From: an uncultured Clostridia bacterium
GTDB lineage: Bacteria; Bacillota; Clostridia; TANB77; CAG-508
Assembly: GCA_934121885.1 (NCBI GenBank)
Contig: CAKOVH010000004.1
Span: 63,064-95,063 of the forward strand
Direction: 5' to 3'
Length of the DNA stretch: 32,000 nucleotides
Positions 7,755 to 15,471 of this stretch are shown piece by piece (position 1 is the stretch's first letter; each line of letters opens with the position of its first letter). The notes under the pieces are model-generated. The model did not search any database. It worked only from the letters and a program-made list of their open reading frames with translations, and was not told where the DNA came from. The position numbers and the translations under genes are program-made.

Positions 7755-8510
7755 TTATATTAACCATCCGCCATTAATAGAAATTACTTGTCCTGTTGTA
7801 TATTCATCTTTTATAAGCCATTCTACGCACCTTGCAATATCTACTTTTTTTCCTATTTTATTTAATGGAATATCTTCTATAATATCTTTAATTTCTTTAT
7901 CAGTATATGTTTTGTTCATATCTGTATCTATTATACCTGGGGCTATGCTGTTTACTCTTATATTTGAAGGACCTACTTCCTTTGCTAAAGCTTTTGTCAT
8001 TCCATCTATACCAGCCTTTGCCACACTATAATGAACCTCACATGATGAGCCTGTAACTCCCCATATTGATGATATATTAATGATTAAACCTTCTTTTCTG
8101 CTAATCATATTTTTTATAGCCTCTTGGGTACAATAAAAGGCTGATGTTAAATTAGTTTGTATCATATTATTCCAGTCTTCATCTGTTAAATCTGTAAAAA
8201 GCTTTGCTTGAGATATTCCGGCATTATTAATTAATACATCTATCTTTCCAAATTTATTTATTGCAAAATCTATAATTTTTTTTACTTCTTCCCTTTTAGA
8301 TACATCTGCTTTAAATATTTCTATATTAATATTATTTTTTTGCAAATCTTCTTTTATCTTTTTAGCTTCATTTTCTGATTTATTATAATTTAAAATTACT
8401 CTATAGTTATCCCTAGCAAGTTTTTTTACTATTTCTGCTCCTATTCCTCTTGATCCTCCAGTTACTACTATAACTTTATTTACTATATTTTTTTCTGCTT
8501 CTTCTTCCAT
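7755..8510 (-). CDS. Short-chain dehydrogenase/reductase, FabG-like (3-oxoacyl-ACP reductase family)
   Basis: TGGSRGIG cofactor motif, NNAG, and catalytic S...YSVAKAG (YxxxK). Confidence 0.85.
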   Translation of the reverse strand: MEEEAEKNIVNKVIVVTGGSRGIGAEIVKKLARDNYRVILNYNKSENEAKKIKEDLQKNNINIEIFKADVSKREEVKKIIDFAINKFGKIDVLINNAGISQAKLFTDLTDEDWNNMIQTNLTSAFYCTQEAIKNMISRKEGLIINISSIWGVTGSSCEVHYSVAKAGIDGMTKALAKEVGPSNIRVNSIAPGIIDTDMNKTYTDKEIKDIIEDIPLNKIGKKVDIARCVEWLIKDEYTTGQVISINGGWLI

Positions 8511-8865
8511 TATTAATATTCGCTCCTTTATATGTACTTGTTAATGAATGACAATTTGGACATAATAAAATTAAATTTTCTTCTTTATTATTTTTATAAT
8601 TTCCATCTATATGTTCTATTTCTAATGGAATATTATTAGTATAATTATTTCTTTCACCCCATCCACATCTTGCACATTTATTATTATATTTTTTAAATAG
8701 ATATGTTTTTATATATAAAGAAATTTGATATTCTCCTCTAAGTCCATCTTTTTTATCCATTTTCCATTCTTCTATATATTTTTTATATTCATACTCTTTC
8801 TGACATGTATTATTGCAGAACTTATTTCTTTTATTAATTTGTTCATTACAATTAAGACACCTCAA
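8476..8865 (-). CDS. Free-standing HNH endonuclease
   Basis: Zn-ribbon-like CLNC...C..C at the N-terminus, then the HNH core CARCGW...EIEHIDGNYKNNKEENLILLCPNCH. It overlaps the SDR gene by 35 nt and sits 70 nt downstream of the intron-containing tRNA. Confidence 0.8.
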   Translation of the reverse strand: MRCLNCNEQINKRNKFCNNTCQKEYEYKKYIEEWKMDKKDGLRGEYQISLYIKTYLFKKYNNKCARCGWGERNNYTNNIPLEIEHIDGNYKNNKEENLILLCPNCHSLTSTYKGANINNGRRSRKKYSK

Positions 8866-8935
8866 ATTTTCACCTTCTTCTTCATAAAAAACAAAGAACT
8901 AAGCAAGTTATACAACAAACCTAGTTCTAAGTAAT

Positions 8936-9245
8936 TGGAGCCACTTGTCCGAATCGAACGGACGACCTACTGATTCATACTACTATAATTTTCATTACCA
9001 CAAATGTGTTTGTAGTCTGGACTTTCTCTTTGCCTTAGCTTATGCCTTAGACACACCGTATAAAGTCTCTACACTCAGAAATTTCTTTCTTAGCTCGGGA
9101 TTAACATATATTATATACTTAGTCTTCCCCGAATTAGCGGTGTCCACTTTATATGTTTCCACATAAAGGTGCAAAATAGTTCAAAATAAGTTAAAAACTT
9201 ATCTATTCCACAAGTCAGTTGCTCTACCAGCTGAGCTAAAGTGGC
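8936..9245 (-). tRNA. tRNA-Thr(UGU) gene, CCA-encoded, interrupted by a 234-nt intron between positions 36 and 37
   Basis: 5' exon (9245-9210): GCCACTT TA GCTC AGCTGGTA GAGC A ACTGA CTTGT. 3' exon (8975-8936): AA TCAGT AGGTC GTCCG TTCGATT CGGAC AAGTGGC T CCA. Joined they give a canonical 76-nt cloverleaf with anticodon loop CT-TGT-AA. Confidence 0.85.
8976..9209 (-). ncRNA. Group I (IC3-like) self-splicing intron candidate inside tRNA-Thr
   Basis: The 5' exon ends in U and the intron ends in G. Candidate pairings: P3 GACACC/GGUGU(G)UC, P4 UCGGG/CCCGA, P6 AGAAA-GAAA-UUUCU, P7 GACUUU/AAAGUC, P9 GUAAU-GAAA-AUUAU. The core strings GUGUAGAGACU...ACGG and GGCAAAGAGAAAGUCCAGACUA resemble, from memory, the cyanobacterial tRNA-Leu and Azoarcus tRNA-Ile introns. 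No ORF inside on the intron strand. Confidence 0.75.
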
Positions 9246-9255
9246 ATTATTCAAT

Positions 9256-9330
9256 TGGTGACCCCGACGGGAATCGAACCCATGTCTCCGCCGTGAAAGG
9301 GCGATGTCTTAACCGCTTGACCACGGGGCC
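9256..9330 (-). tRNA. tRNA-Glu(UUC)
   Basis: GGCCCCGTGGTCAAGCGGTTAAGACATCGCCCTTTCACGGCGGAGACATGGGTTCGATTCCCGTCGGGGTCACCA. Cloverleaf folds, anticodon loop CTTTCAC. Confidence 0.95.
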
Positions 9331-9341
9331 AAAAATCTGTA

Positions 9342-9368
9342 CTAGGATCTAATTAAATTAGATCCTAG
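9342..9368. repeat. Perfect 27-nt palindrome (13-bp arms) in the tRNA-Lys/tRNA-Glu spacer
   Basis: CTAGGATCTAATT-A-AATTAGATCCTAG. Confidence 0.6.
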
Positions 9369-9370
9369 AT

Positions 9371-9446
9371 TGGTGAGCCATCGCGGACTCGAACCGCGGA
9401 CAACTTGATTAAAAGTCAAGTGCTCTACCACCTGAGCTAATGACCC
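9371..9446 (-). tRNA. tRNA-Lys(UUU)
   Basis: GGGTCATTAGCTCAGGTGGTAGAGCACTTGACTTTTAATCAAGTTGTCCGCGGTTCGAGTCCGCGATGGCTCACCA. Anticodon loop CTTTTAA. Confidence 0.95.
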
Positions 9447-9489
9447 AGATTTTAGACTTGCGTTTGCTCATTAGGTAAACGCAAGTACT

Positions 9490-9518
9490 ATTGTAAACTA
9501 TTTTATTGCTTTTGTCAA
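9490..9518 (-). promoter_or_regulatory. Strong sigma-A-type promoter for the tRNA Lys-Glu-Thr operon
   Basis: The minus strand reads TTGACA (9518-9513), 17-nt spacer, TACAAT (9495-9490). A 9-bp leader hairpin CTTGCGTTT/AAACGCAAG (9457-9485) follows. Confidence 0.6.
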
Positions 9519-9574
9519 TACAAATTATGAAATTTTTGTGAAATTTTGTATTTTTTTATTTTCTAGCTTTGCTT

Positions 9575-9760
9575 TTATGCATTTAACTTCTCTAGAAGCT
9601 CGTCAACATCAATTCCGTGTACCTCACATGCTTCTTCTAATGTCTCAGCTTGTGAAGTTGGACAACCTAAGCAATGCATTCCTGCTTCTAATAATATATC
9701 TGCTTTTTCTCCTGCAACTTGTAGTATTTCTCCTATAGTCATATCTTTATTTATCTTCAT
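9575..9760 (-). CDS. DUF1858-type small protein (hybrid-cluster-protein-associated redox disulfide domain)
   Basis: 61 aa with MTIGEIL...[26 protein letters not shown], the characteristic CxxC-containing DUF1858 pattern. Confidence 0.75.
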   Translation of the reverse strand: MKINKDMTIGEILQVAGEKADILLEAGMHCLGCPTSQAETLEEACEVHGIDVDELLEKLNA

Positions 9761-9818
9761 TTCATTTCCTCCTTTATATTTTAGATAATTAATTTTATCA
9801 TAATTTTTAAAAAAAGTA

Positions 9819-9847
9819 TAGACAAATTAAAAACTTTGTTATATCAT
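9819..9847 (+). promoter_or_regulatory. Sigma-A-type promoter candidate upstream of the T4SS-like plus-strand block
   Basis: TAGACA (9819-9824), 17-nt spacer, TATCAT (9842-9847). Confidence 0.4.
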
Positions 9848-10021
9848 TGTAAAAAATTGGAAGGTGGTGCTATTTATTAATTTAATTGATATCTTTTTTA
9901 TTGTTTTTATTATTAATCTTTTTATTACCTTTTATTCAATATATCTTTTTTTCGAAATAAAAATATTCCATAATAAACAAGGTGCAAAATTAAATATTAA
10001 ATCCAAGAAGGTGATTTTATA

Positions 10022-11764
10022 ATTCATATTTTTTCTATAATTATTATTTCAGTTTTATTTATATTTTTTGGATATCGTATTTTTTCTCCCATTTTATTTT
10101 CTTCATCAATAATTATAACATATGGTATTCATCCTTTTGACATCTGTATAAAAAATCCAGAATTATGGCAAATAATTAAAATACTATTTATTTTTACTTA
10201 TATTTTTTCTTCCCTCATTTTATCTAATTTAATTTATAATTATTTATTTATCCCTTTTTTTAAAATATTAATTTTTATTTTTAATAAATTAAAATTATAT
10301 TTTTCAATATTTAAAAAATCTAAAAGTAATAAGTTTAAAAATAGTATTTTAAATAGTATTAATAATTTACCACAATTAAATTTATTTATTGGTAACACTG
10401 AAAATAATAAAAATGCAATTTATTTACCAGAAAAAAGTTTATATCAAAATATTTTAATTACTGGAACAATTGGAACTGGAAAAACAAGTAGTGCAATGTA
10501 TCCATTTACTGAACAATTAATCTCAAATAAAAAAAATTTGCCTATGCTTATTTTAGATGTAAAAGGTAATTATTATTTAAAGGTAAAAGAATTGTGTCAA
10601 AAATATAATAGAATAAATGATTTAATTGTATTAGAATTAAACGGTAATTTTCGTTATAATCCTTTGCACAAACCTAATTTAAAGGCATCTGTTCTTGCTA
10701 ATCGATTAAAGGATATACTTCTCTTATTTTCTCCAAATAATTCTGAATCTTATTGGATTGATAAATCAGAACAAGTTTTAACTGAGGCTATAAAATTATG
10801 TAGATTATATAATAATGGATATGTAACCTTTGAAGAAATTCATAAGTTAATTACTATTGAAAATTATTACAAAGAAAAAATTTTAATTTTAAGAGATTTA
10901 TTTAATAAAAACAATTTATCATATTCACAAGTATATGATTTATTTTCATCAATTACTTTTTTTGAAAAAGAATTTTTTTCTTTAGATTCACGCACCCTTT
11001 CAATTTTAAAATCTGAAATAACAAGAATAACAAATTGTTTTATATCAGATTACTCTGTTTTTCAAACCTTTTGTCCACCCAAAAAAGACTTAAATTTTTT
11101 AGGATTTAAAGATGCTTTAATATCTGGAAAAATTATTGTTTTAAATTTAAATATAGCAGAATACAAAAATTTATCAAAAATAATTGCAGCATATTTAAAA
11201 TTAGATTTTCAGACAGAAGTCATGAATCGATTATCAAACAATAATTTTGAAGATTTCTCCCCTGCAGTTTTTATTTCAGACGAATATAGTGAGTATTGCA
11301 CTATATCAGATAGCAATTTCTTTTCTCAAAGTAGAGAGGCAAAATGTATTAATATAATTGCAACACAAAGTTATACCTCTCTTCTAAATACATTAAATAA
11401 CAAATATGCTACTGAAGTAATTATTCAAAATTTAGTAAATAAATTGTGGTTTCGAACTGATGATATGTTTACTATAGAATCGGCACAAAAACAAATTGGC
11501 AAGGAAGATAAAGAAAAAATATCAAAAAATATATCTGAAAATGCTAAAGAAACAAAATATAGTTATTTATCAAATTCATTAAATTCTACAAATTCTAGTA
11601 TTTCAGAAAGTATTAATACTTATTTACAATACGATTATATTTACGATACTAAATTTTTTACTCAATTTTTAGAAAATTTTACATGTCTTGCATTTTTATC
11701 TGACGGACAAAAAATTATGAAACCAGAAAAAATAATTTTAAAACCATTTTTCAAAAAAAATTAA
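10022..11764 (+). CDS. Type IV coupling protein (VirD4/TraG-like ATPase) with N-terminal TM segments; start codon uncertain (no in-frame ATG/GTG/TTG before 10496)
   Basis: The frame is open from 10001. My translation upstream of the ORF-track start gives TM helices and the Walker A ILITGTIGTGKTSSAMYPF (about 10451-10507). Walker B-like VFISDEYSEY and IIATQS follow. AGGTGA (10009-10014) sits 7 nt before the in-frame ATT at 10022. Confidence 0.7.
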   Translation: MHIFSIIIISVLFIFFGYRIFSPILFSSSIIITYGIHPFDICIKNPELWQIIKILFIFTYIFSSLILSNLIYNYLFIPFFKILIFIFNKLKLYFSIFKKSKSNKFKNSILNSINNLPQLNLFIGNTENNKNAIYLPEKSLYQNILITGTIGTGKTSSAMYPFTEQLISNKKNLPMLILDVKGNYYLKVKELCQKYNRINDLIVLELNGNFRYNPLHKPNLKASVLANRLKDILLLFSPNNSESYWIDKSEQVLTEAIKLCRLYNNGYVTFEEIHKLITIENYYKEKILILRDLFNKNNLSYSQVYDLFSSITFFEKEFFSLDSRTLSILKSEITRITNCFISDYSVFQTFCPPKKDLNFLGFKDALISGKIIVLNLNIAEYKNLSKIIAAYLKLDFQTEVMNRLSNNNFEDFSPAVFISDEYSEYCTISDSNFFSQSREAKCINIIATQSYTSLLNTLNNKYATEVIIQNLVNKLWFRTDDMFTIESAQKQIGKEDKEKISKNISENAKETKYSYLSNSLNSTNSSISESINTYLQYDYIYDTKFFTQFLENFTCLAFLSDGQKIMKPEKIILKPFFKKN

Positions 11765-11774
11765 GGAGGAACTT

Positions 11775-12131
11775 ATGAAAATTTATAAAATTCGAAAAAA
11801 ATATTTTTTATTTTATTTTACTTTTATTTTATCATTTATTATTTTAATATTTTTTAATTCTAATGTTTTTGCAGGTTTATTTGATGGAACCCCTACTCTT
11901 ATTACAAAACTAACTGATGCATTCGGAACAATAAAATCTTGGCTATTTACACTCTCTACTCCTGCCGCAGCAGTGGCAGTTGGTGTTGGTGTATTTATGA
12001 AAAAATTTAGTTTTGGAGACGAAGAAAGAATACGTGTAGCTAAAAAATTAATACGTGGATCTTTATTTTCTTATGCTTTTATTCTAGCTCTTGATCTTAT
12101 TCTTTCTGCAATTCAATCACTACTTGCTTAA
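11775..12131 (+). CDS. VirB2/TrbC-like pilin-type small membrane protein
   Basis: AAGGAGG RBS. Signal peptide ending NVFA|G, then two hydrophobic helices (TPAAAVAVGVGVFM; LFSYAFILALDLILSAIQSLL). Size and topology match T4SS pilin-like proteins of Firmicutes and Mollicutes. The call rests on topology only. Confidence 0.5.
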   Translation: MKIYKIRKKYFLFYFTFILSFIILIFFNSNVFAGLFDGTPTLITKLTDAFGTIKSWLFTLSTPAAAVAVGVGVFMKKFSFGDEERIRVAKKLIRGSLFSYAFILALDLILSAIQSLLA

Positions 12132-12148
12132 TTTTTAGGAGGTTTATT

Positions 12149-13042
12149 TTGGATAACACAATTGTAGCAACTTCAAACTCTGTTTCTCAAACAATTCTAG
12201 ATTCAATTAATCAAATTATTGGGAATTTATTTTCTTCTGTAGATACTACAATGTACGACTCCTTAGACAATTTAGTATTTACTGATATTTCAATTATTCA
12301 TGATAATTTTTTATCTAAATTAATTGGTACTAATTCTACAAATGGCCTTATATTAATTGCTAATGCATTATTAGTAGGTTTTACCTTATATTATTGTTTT
12401 AGATTAATATATTCCAGATTTGTTTCTATTGAAATAGAAACACCTTATCAATTTATTTTTAAATTAATAATTTTTGGTATTGCAATAAATTCTTCTTATT
12501 TTATTTGTGAAAAATTAATTTATTTAAATTCATTAATTTCTTCTTCTATTTTAGAAATTGGAAAAAGTATATTTGGACAAGAAGTTTCTTTTTCTTCTTT
12601 TATTTCTAATATTAATTCTATTATTTCTATTGAAAATGAAAACTTTAATTTATTTTCTTTTGATGGATTATTAAAAAGTTTTATTTCTGCATCTCTTTTT
12701 AATTTATTATTTTCCTATGCCTTAAGATATATCTTGATTAAAGTTTTTGCATTACTTACTCCTTTTTCTATTTTAACATTAATTAATCACTCAACTTCTT
12801 GTTTTTTTAGAAGTTGGTTTAAAACTTTAATTTCACTTTTAATTATGCAAAGTTTTATTGCAATTATATTATTAATTATTTTTTCTTTAAATTTTAATTT
12901 AGAAAATATATTTTCTAAATTAATTTGTATAGGATCTATTTATGCACTGGTTCGTGCTAATGGATATCTTCAGCACTTAATTGGAGGTATTTCCACTGAT
13001 ATTTCTACTAATATTTCTTTTATGAAAAATTTAATTAAATAA
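12149..13042 (+). CDS. Polytopic membrane protein, VirB6/TrbL-like candidate
   Basis: GGAGG RBS plus TTG start. At least 5 predicted TM helices across 297 aa, positioned between the pilin-like and VirB3-like genes. Confidence 0.45.
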   Translation: MDNTIVATSNSVSQTILDSINQIIGNLFSSVDTTMYDSLDNLVFTDISIIHDNFLSKLIGTNSTNGLILIANALLVGFTLYYCFRLIYSRFVSIEIETPYQFIFKLIIFGIAINSSYFICEKLIYLNSLISSSILEIGKSIFGQEVSFSSFISNINSIISIENENFNLFSFDGLLKSFISASLFNLLFSYALRYILIKVFALLTPFSILTLINHSTSCFFRSWFKTLISLLIMQSFIAIILLIIFSLNFNLENIFSKLICIGSIYALVRANGYLQHLIGGISTDISTNISFMKNLIK

Positions 13043-13059
13043 TTATTTAGGAGGTTATT

Positions 13060-13341
13060 TTGAAATTTATTTTTCCTCAGAATTATAATTTTAATTATAA
13101 ATTATTTGGATTTATTGATTATACTACTATTTTTTTAAATATATTTTTTGGATTTATTATTTATTTAATTTCAAATATATTTAATAATTTATATTTAAAA
13201 TTATGTTTTTTTATTATTTTATTTTTTCCTTTTTTATTAATTTCTATTATAGGATTTAATAACGAAAAAATTTTGTATATTATCAAATATATTTATTTGT
13301 ATATAAAATCACCAAAATACTATATTTACAAAAAATTTTAA
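13060..13341 (+). CDS. PrgI/VirB3-like small membrane protein
   Basis: GGAGG RBS plus TTG start. 93 aa with MKFIFPQNYNFNYKLFGFIDYTT followed by two TM helices, the usual PrgI-family layout. Confidence 0.5.
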   Translation: MKFIFPQNYNFNYKLFGFIDYTTIFLNIFFGFIIYLISNIFNNLYLKLCFFIILFFPFLLISIIGFNNEKILYIIKYIYLYIKSPKYYIYKKF

Positions 13342-13370
13342 TTTTATTGTATATATTTATCGCTGGTTTG

Positions 13371-13399
13371 TTGTAAAAACTTTTATAAAATGATATAAT
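13371..13399 (+). promoter_or_regulatory. Sigma-A-type promoter candidate for the dnaD-like/dnaI-like genes
   Basis: TTGTAA (13371-13376), 17-nt spacer, TATAAT (13394-13399). Confidence 0.5.
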
Positions 13400-13431
13400 C
13401 TGACAAATATACTTTTAAGGAGGAATAAATA

Positions 13432-14403
13432 ATGAAACTTGAACAATCTGATATCTTACCTTTATTTTCAAACACAGAAATCCCAGATATCTTTTTTTCT
13501 GAATATTTATCACAAGCAAGTGGTGACTATATAAAAGTATATTTATATATGTTATTTTTGTCTAAGTATGATAAGGATATTAAAATTAATGATTTATCTA
13601 AAAAACTTGTGCTACCTTTAAAAGTAATTCAAGATGCCGTTAAATATTGGGAAGAACAAGAAGTAATAACAAAAAAGAATACAGGGTATATTGTAAATAA
13701 TCTTCAAGAGATTGAATTACATAAGTTATATAAACCAAAAACTGCATTATCTGCTGAACAAATTCAAAAATCAGCTGAAAATCAACAACGTGCAAAGGCT
13801 ATTGAACACATTAATAGCAAATATTTTTCTGGTTTAATGCCTACAACATGGTATCCAGATATAGAATTATGGTTTAAAAAATATAATTTTGATGAAGAAG
13901 TTATGATTGCTTTGTTTGGTTATTGTTTTGATCGTTCTGCACTTCATAAAGCATATATTCAAAGGGTAGCAGAAACTTGGAATAAAAATAATATAAAAAC
14001 ATTTAATGATTTAGATACTTATTATGAAAAACAAGAAAAAGTTAAAACTATCGCAAATACAATATCTAAAAAATTAGGATTAAATAGACAACTTACTGAA
14101 TATGAATATGCCTATATTGAAACTTGGCTTAATGAATTTGGATATAGTTTAGATATTATAGAAATAGCTCTTAAAAAGACTACTTCAAAAGCAAATCCAA
14201 ATTTTGATTATTTAAATAAACTTTTATCTGACTGGCATGACAGAGGATTTAAAACATCAAACGAAGTTCAAACTTTCTTACAAGAAATGAAACAAAAGAA
14301 TAAAAACATTCAAACAATGGAAAAGAAAACAGGTTACAATAGATATGAGCAAAGAGAATATGATAATTTAAATAGTCTTTATGCAAATTTTGATTTAAAA
14401 TAA
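13432..14403 (+). CDS. DnaD-domain replication initiation / helicase-loading protein (B. subtilis DnaB/DnaD-like, two DDBH2-type repeats)
   Basis: An N-terminal winged-helix-like region, then two DnaD C-terminal-type repeats (MIALFGYCFDR...YIQRVAETW and YIETWLNEFGYSLDIIEIALKKT...NFDYLNKLLSDWHDRG). Confidence 0.8.
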   Translation: MKLEQSDILPLFSNTEIPDIFFSEYLSQASGDYIKVYLYMLFLSKYDKDIKINDLSKKLVLPLKVIQDAVKYWEEQEVITKKNTGYIVNNLQEIELHKLYKPKTALSAEQIQKSAENQQRAKAIEHINSKYFSGLMPTTWYPDIELWFKKYNFDEEVMIALFGYCFDRSALHKAYIQRVAETWNKNNIKTFNDLDTYYEKQEKVKTIANTISKKLGLNRQLTEYEYAYIETWLNEFGYSLDIIEIALKKTTSKANPNFDYLNKLLSDWHDRGFKTSNEVQTFLQEMKQKNKNIQTMEKKTGYNRYEQREYDNLNSLYANFDLK

Positions 14404-14432
14404 TTATAACTGAAAGTAGGTGAATTTTTATT

Positions 14433-15434
14433 TTGTCTAATACTATTTTAAAAGAACTTTTAATTGAATATAATAAACAAAAAATGCTAGCTGAAAGAGA
14501 TGCCGAATTAAGAAAAAGTGAAATTTATTCTAAAAAACCAGTTTTAGAGGAGATTGATAGAAAATTACATAATTTTGCTATTTCTTCTGCAAAATCTATG
14601 ATAAATAATCCTAGTGAAGATACTTTAATAGATTTACAAAATAAAATTCAAGAATTAAAAAATCAAAAAAAATCTATTTTAAATAAACTAAATATTAGCG
14701 AAGATTATTTTGAGCCAAAATATAGATGTTCAATATGTAAAGACACAGGATATATTACAAATTCTGATTATACTACCTCAATGTGTTCTTGTTTAAAACA
14801 AAAAATATTTGATATTGAATATAATAAATCAAATATATCAAATCTTAGTATTCAAACATTTGAAAACTTTTCAGATTTATTATACTCATCAGAAATAGAT
14901 GAACAAAAATATCATATGAAAGTTTCACCTAGGGATAATATTAATAAAATAAAAAAATTATGTTATAATTTTATTGAAAATTTTGATAATCCTAACGAAA
15001 AAAATCTACTATTCACTGGTAATACTGGTCTTGGAAAAACCTTTCTTTCAAGTTGTATTGCAAATGAATTATTGAAAAAACAAAAAAACGTTTTATATCA
15101 AACTGCACCAATTATGTTAGATACAATAATAGATTATAGATTTGGTAAAGAAAATACTGATAAAACAATTTATGAAAATATATTAAATGTAGATTTATTA
15201 ATTATTGATGATTTAGGAACCGAATGTATGAATAATATGAAATTTAGCGAATTATTTAATATTATTAATACTAGACTTTTAAATACAAATCATATTACTA
15301 AAACAATTATATCTACAAATCTTAGTTTAAAAAATTTATATGATAATTATGATGAACGTATAGTTTCTAGAATCGTTGGAAATTATAATATTTGTTATTT
15401 TTTCGGTGATGATATTCGTTTTAAAAAAAGATAA
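14433..15434 (+). CDS. DnaI/DnaC-like helicase loader ATPase
   Basis: N-terminal Zn-binding CSICKDTGYI...CSC, Walker A FTGNTGLGKTFL, Walker B LLIIDDLGTE. TTG start 9 nt after AGGTGA. Confidence 0.8.
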   Translation: MSNTILKELLIEYNKQKMLAERDAELRKSEIYSKKPVLEEIDRKLHNFAISSAKSMINNPSEDTLIDLQNKIQELKNQKKSILNKLNISEDYFEPKYRCSICKDTGYITNSDYTTSMCSCLKQKIFDIEYNKSNISNLSIQTFENFSDLLYSSEIDEQKYHMKVSPRDNINKIKKLCYNFIENFDNPNEKNLLFTGNTGLGKTFLSSCIANELLKKQKNVLYQTAPIMLDTIIDYRFGKENTDKTIYENILNVDLLIIDDLGTECMNNMKFSELFNIINTRLLNTNHITKTIISTNLSLKNLYDNYDERIVSRIVGNYNICYFFGDDIRFKKR

Positions 15435-15467
15435 ACACTTCAAATTAAATTTGAAGTGTTTTTATTT
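15434..15467. terminator. Bidirectional terminator between dnaI-like and gyrA
   Basis: AACACTTCAAATT (15434-15446) pairs with AATTTGAAGTGTT (15448-15460), followed by a T-run and preceded by an A-run. Confidence 0.75.
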
Positions 15468-15471
15468 TATA

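Noticed and set aside
8945-9166. 73-aa ORF inside the intron as a possible intron-encoded homing endonuclease
   Set aside because: It is on the strand opposite to the tRNA/intron. It has no RBS and no LAGLIDADG/GIY-YIG/HNH motif. It overlaps conserved ribozyme core helices.
8936-9245. First impression of a tmRNA (ssrA), because of a tRNA-like 3' end with CCA and a long internal insert
   Set aside because: The 5' end is a complete tRNA 5' half (acceptor, D arm, anticodon stem), not a tmRNA 5' end. There is no tag-peptide reading frame with a resume codon. The two halves join into a canonical tRNA-Thr.
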